Of a stretch of 64,000 nucleotides of DNA, positions 63,528 to 64,000 are shown in pieces. The stretch spans positions 21,891 through 85,890 of the forward strand of contig DIFA01000019.1 in the NCBI GenBank assembly GCA_002418895.1, given 5' to 3'. Below the pieces are notes generated by a model, which saw nothing but the letters and a program-made list of their open reading frames with translations, did no database searches and was not told the origin of the DNA. The DNA is from Dehalococcoidia bacterium UBA5760. Its GTDB lineage: Bacteria > Chloroflexota > Dehalococcoidia > Dehalococcoidales > UBA5760. The translations under genes and the position numbers were made by a program. How positions within the stretch are numbered: the stretch's first letter is position 1; every line of letters starts with the position of its first letter.

Positions 63528-64000
63528 ATGGCTGAAGTAAGTCTATTTATTGAAGATACCGCCATCAAGGTTATGGCCACCAAAGGACACAGGGTGGAAA
63601 AGTGGGGCAGTGTCCCCCTGGAGCCAGGTCTGGTCGGTGACGGGATTATCCTTGATGAAGCTCAGGTTGCCGAAAAGCTCAGGGAACTTTTCCGGCAGCA
63701 GAAGATAGGATCAAAAAAGGTAACCGCCGGCTTAAGCGGCCTGAATTCTATCTACCGGCTGACCTCCTTACCTGAATTACCCGAGGCAATACTACCTGAA
63801 GCCGTAGAGCAGGAAGCCAGCCGGATCGTACCAGCACCCCTCGAGCAGTTCTACCTGTCCTACCAGACCATTCCTGCCCCACCCGGTGAGACCGGCGTTT
63901 TTCTGACCGCCTTTCCCCGAAACACCGCCGATGCCCTGTTCAGAACACTAAAAAAGGCCGGTATCAAGGCTACCGCTGTAGACCTGGCCCCGTTAGCTCT
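63528..64000 (+). CDS. pilM: type IV pilus assembly protein PilM (N-terminal part, continues past window end)
   Basis: My translation from ATG 63528 is MAEVSLFIEDTAIKVMATKGHRVEKWGSVPLEPGLVGDGIILDEAQVAEKLRELF...VDLAPLA, an actin-like ATPase PilM pattern. Confidence 0.8.
   Translation, partial: MAEVSLFIEDTAIKVMATKGHRVEKWGSVPLEPGLVGDGIILDEAQVAEKLRELFRQQKIGSKKVTAGLSGLNSIYRLTSLPELPEAILPEAVEQEASRIVPAPLEQFYLSYQTIPAPPGETGVFLTAFPRNTADALFRTLKKAGIKATAVDLAPLA

Noticed and set aside
1-64000. CRISPR arrays, IS elements, prophage, toxin-antitoxin or known defence gene signatures
   Set aside because: Reading the window and the ORF track, I found no regularly spaced direct repeats. I also found no transposase, integrase or reverse-transcriptase-like ORFs, and no small paired ORFs with TA-like features. 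This is a visual scan, not an exhaustive computation.

Overview
The window reads as an ordinary core chromosomal segment at roughly 50-55% GC, not an accessory island. I call about 70 protein genes, 3 tRNAs and several cis-regulatory elements. The lineage looks Chloroflexota/Dehalococcoidia-like, but that is inference only, from gene content, a GAAC-N4-GTTC LexA box and a Trp T-box on the trp operon. Main blocks: trpEGDCFB(-) behind a Trp-specific T-box leader; tRNA-Ser, miaB, yajC, nadA, nadC; fur, dtd, folC, pyrF, ilvE; lexA with an SOS box, rpsT, relA/spoT; an MFS gene; a more AT-rich U32-family gene divergent from an acyl-CoA ligase; comEA with a two-ORF comEC; a five-gene K+ uptake cluster (trkA, trkH, usp, two further RCK genes); DUF47-PiT; gmk/remA; mutS; argJBD-(alpha/beta hydrolase)-argGH-rpe; tRNA-Gln; rnc; moeA with a structured leader; rpsF-ssb-rpsR; tRNA-Asp; a repeat-rich surface protein; a small HTH gene and an orphan LuxR-type response regulator lacking the phospho-acceptor Asp; and a type IV pilus-like locus (pilB, pilC, two prepilins, a PilX-like protein with a repetitive C-terminal region, a PilO-like protein, partial pilM). 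I found no CRISPR array, integrase, transposase, toxin-antitoxin pair or recognisable defence system. The best second-look candidates are the pilus/regulator region, the divergent Cys-rich U32 locus, the moeA leader and the multi-RCK K+ cluster. None is demonstrably a new system from sequence alone.
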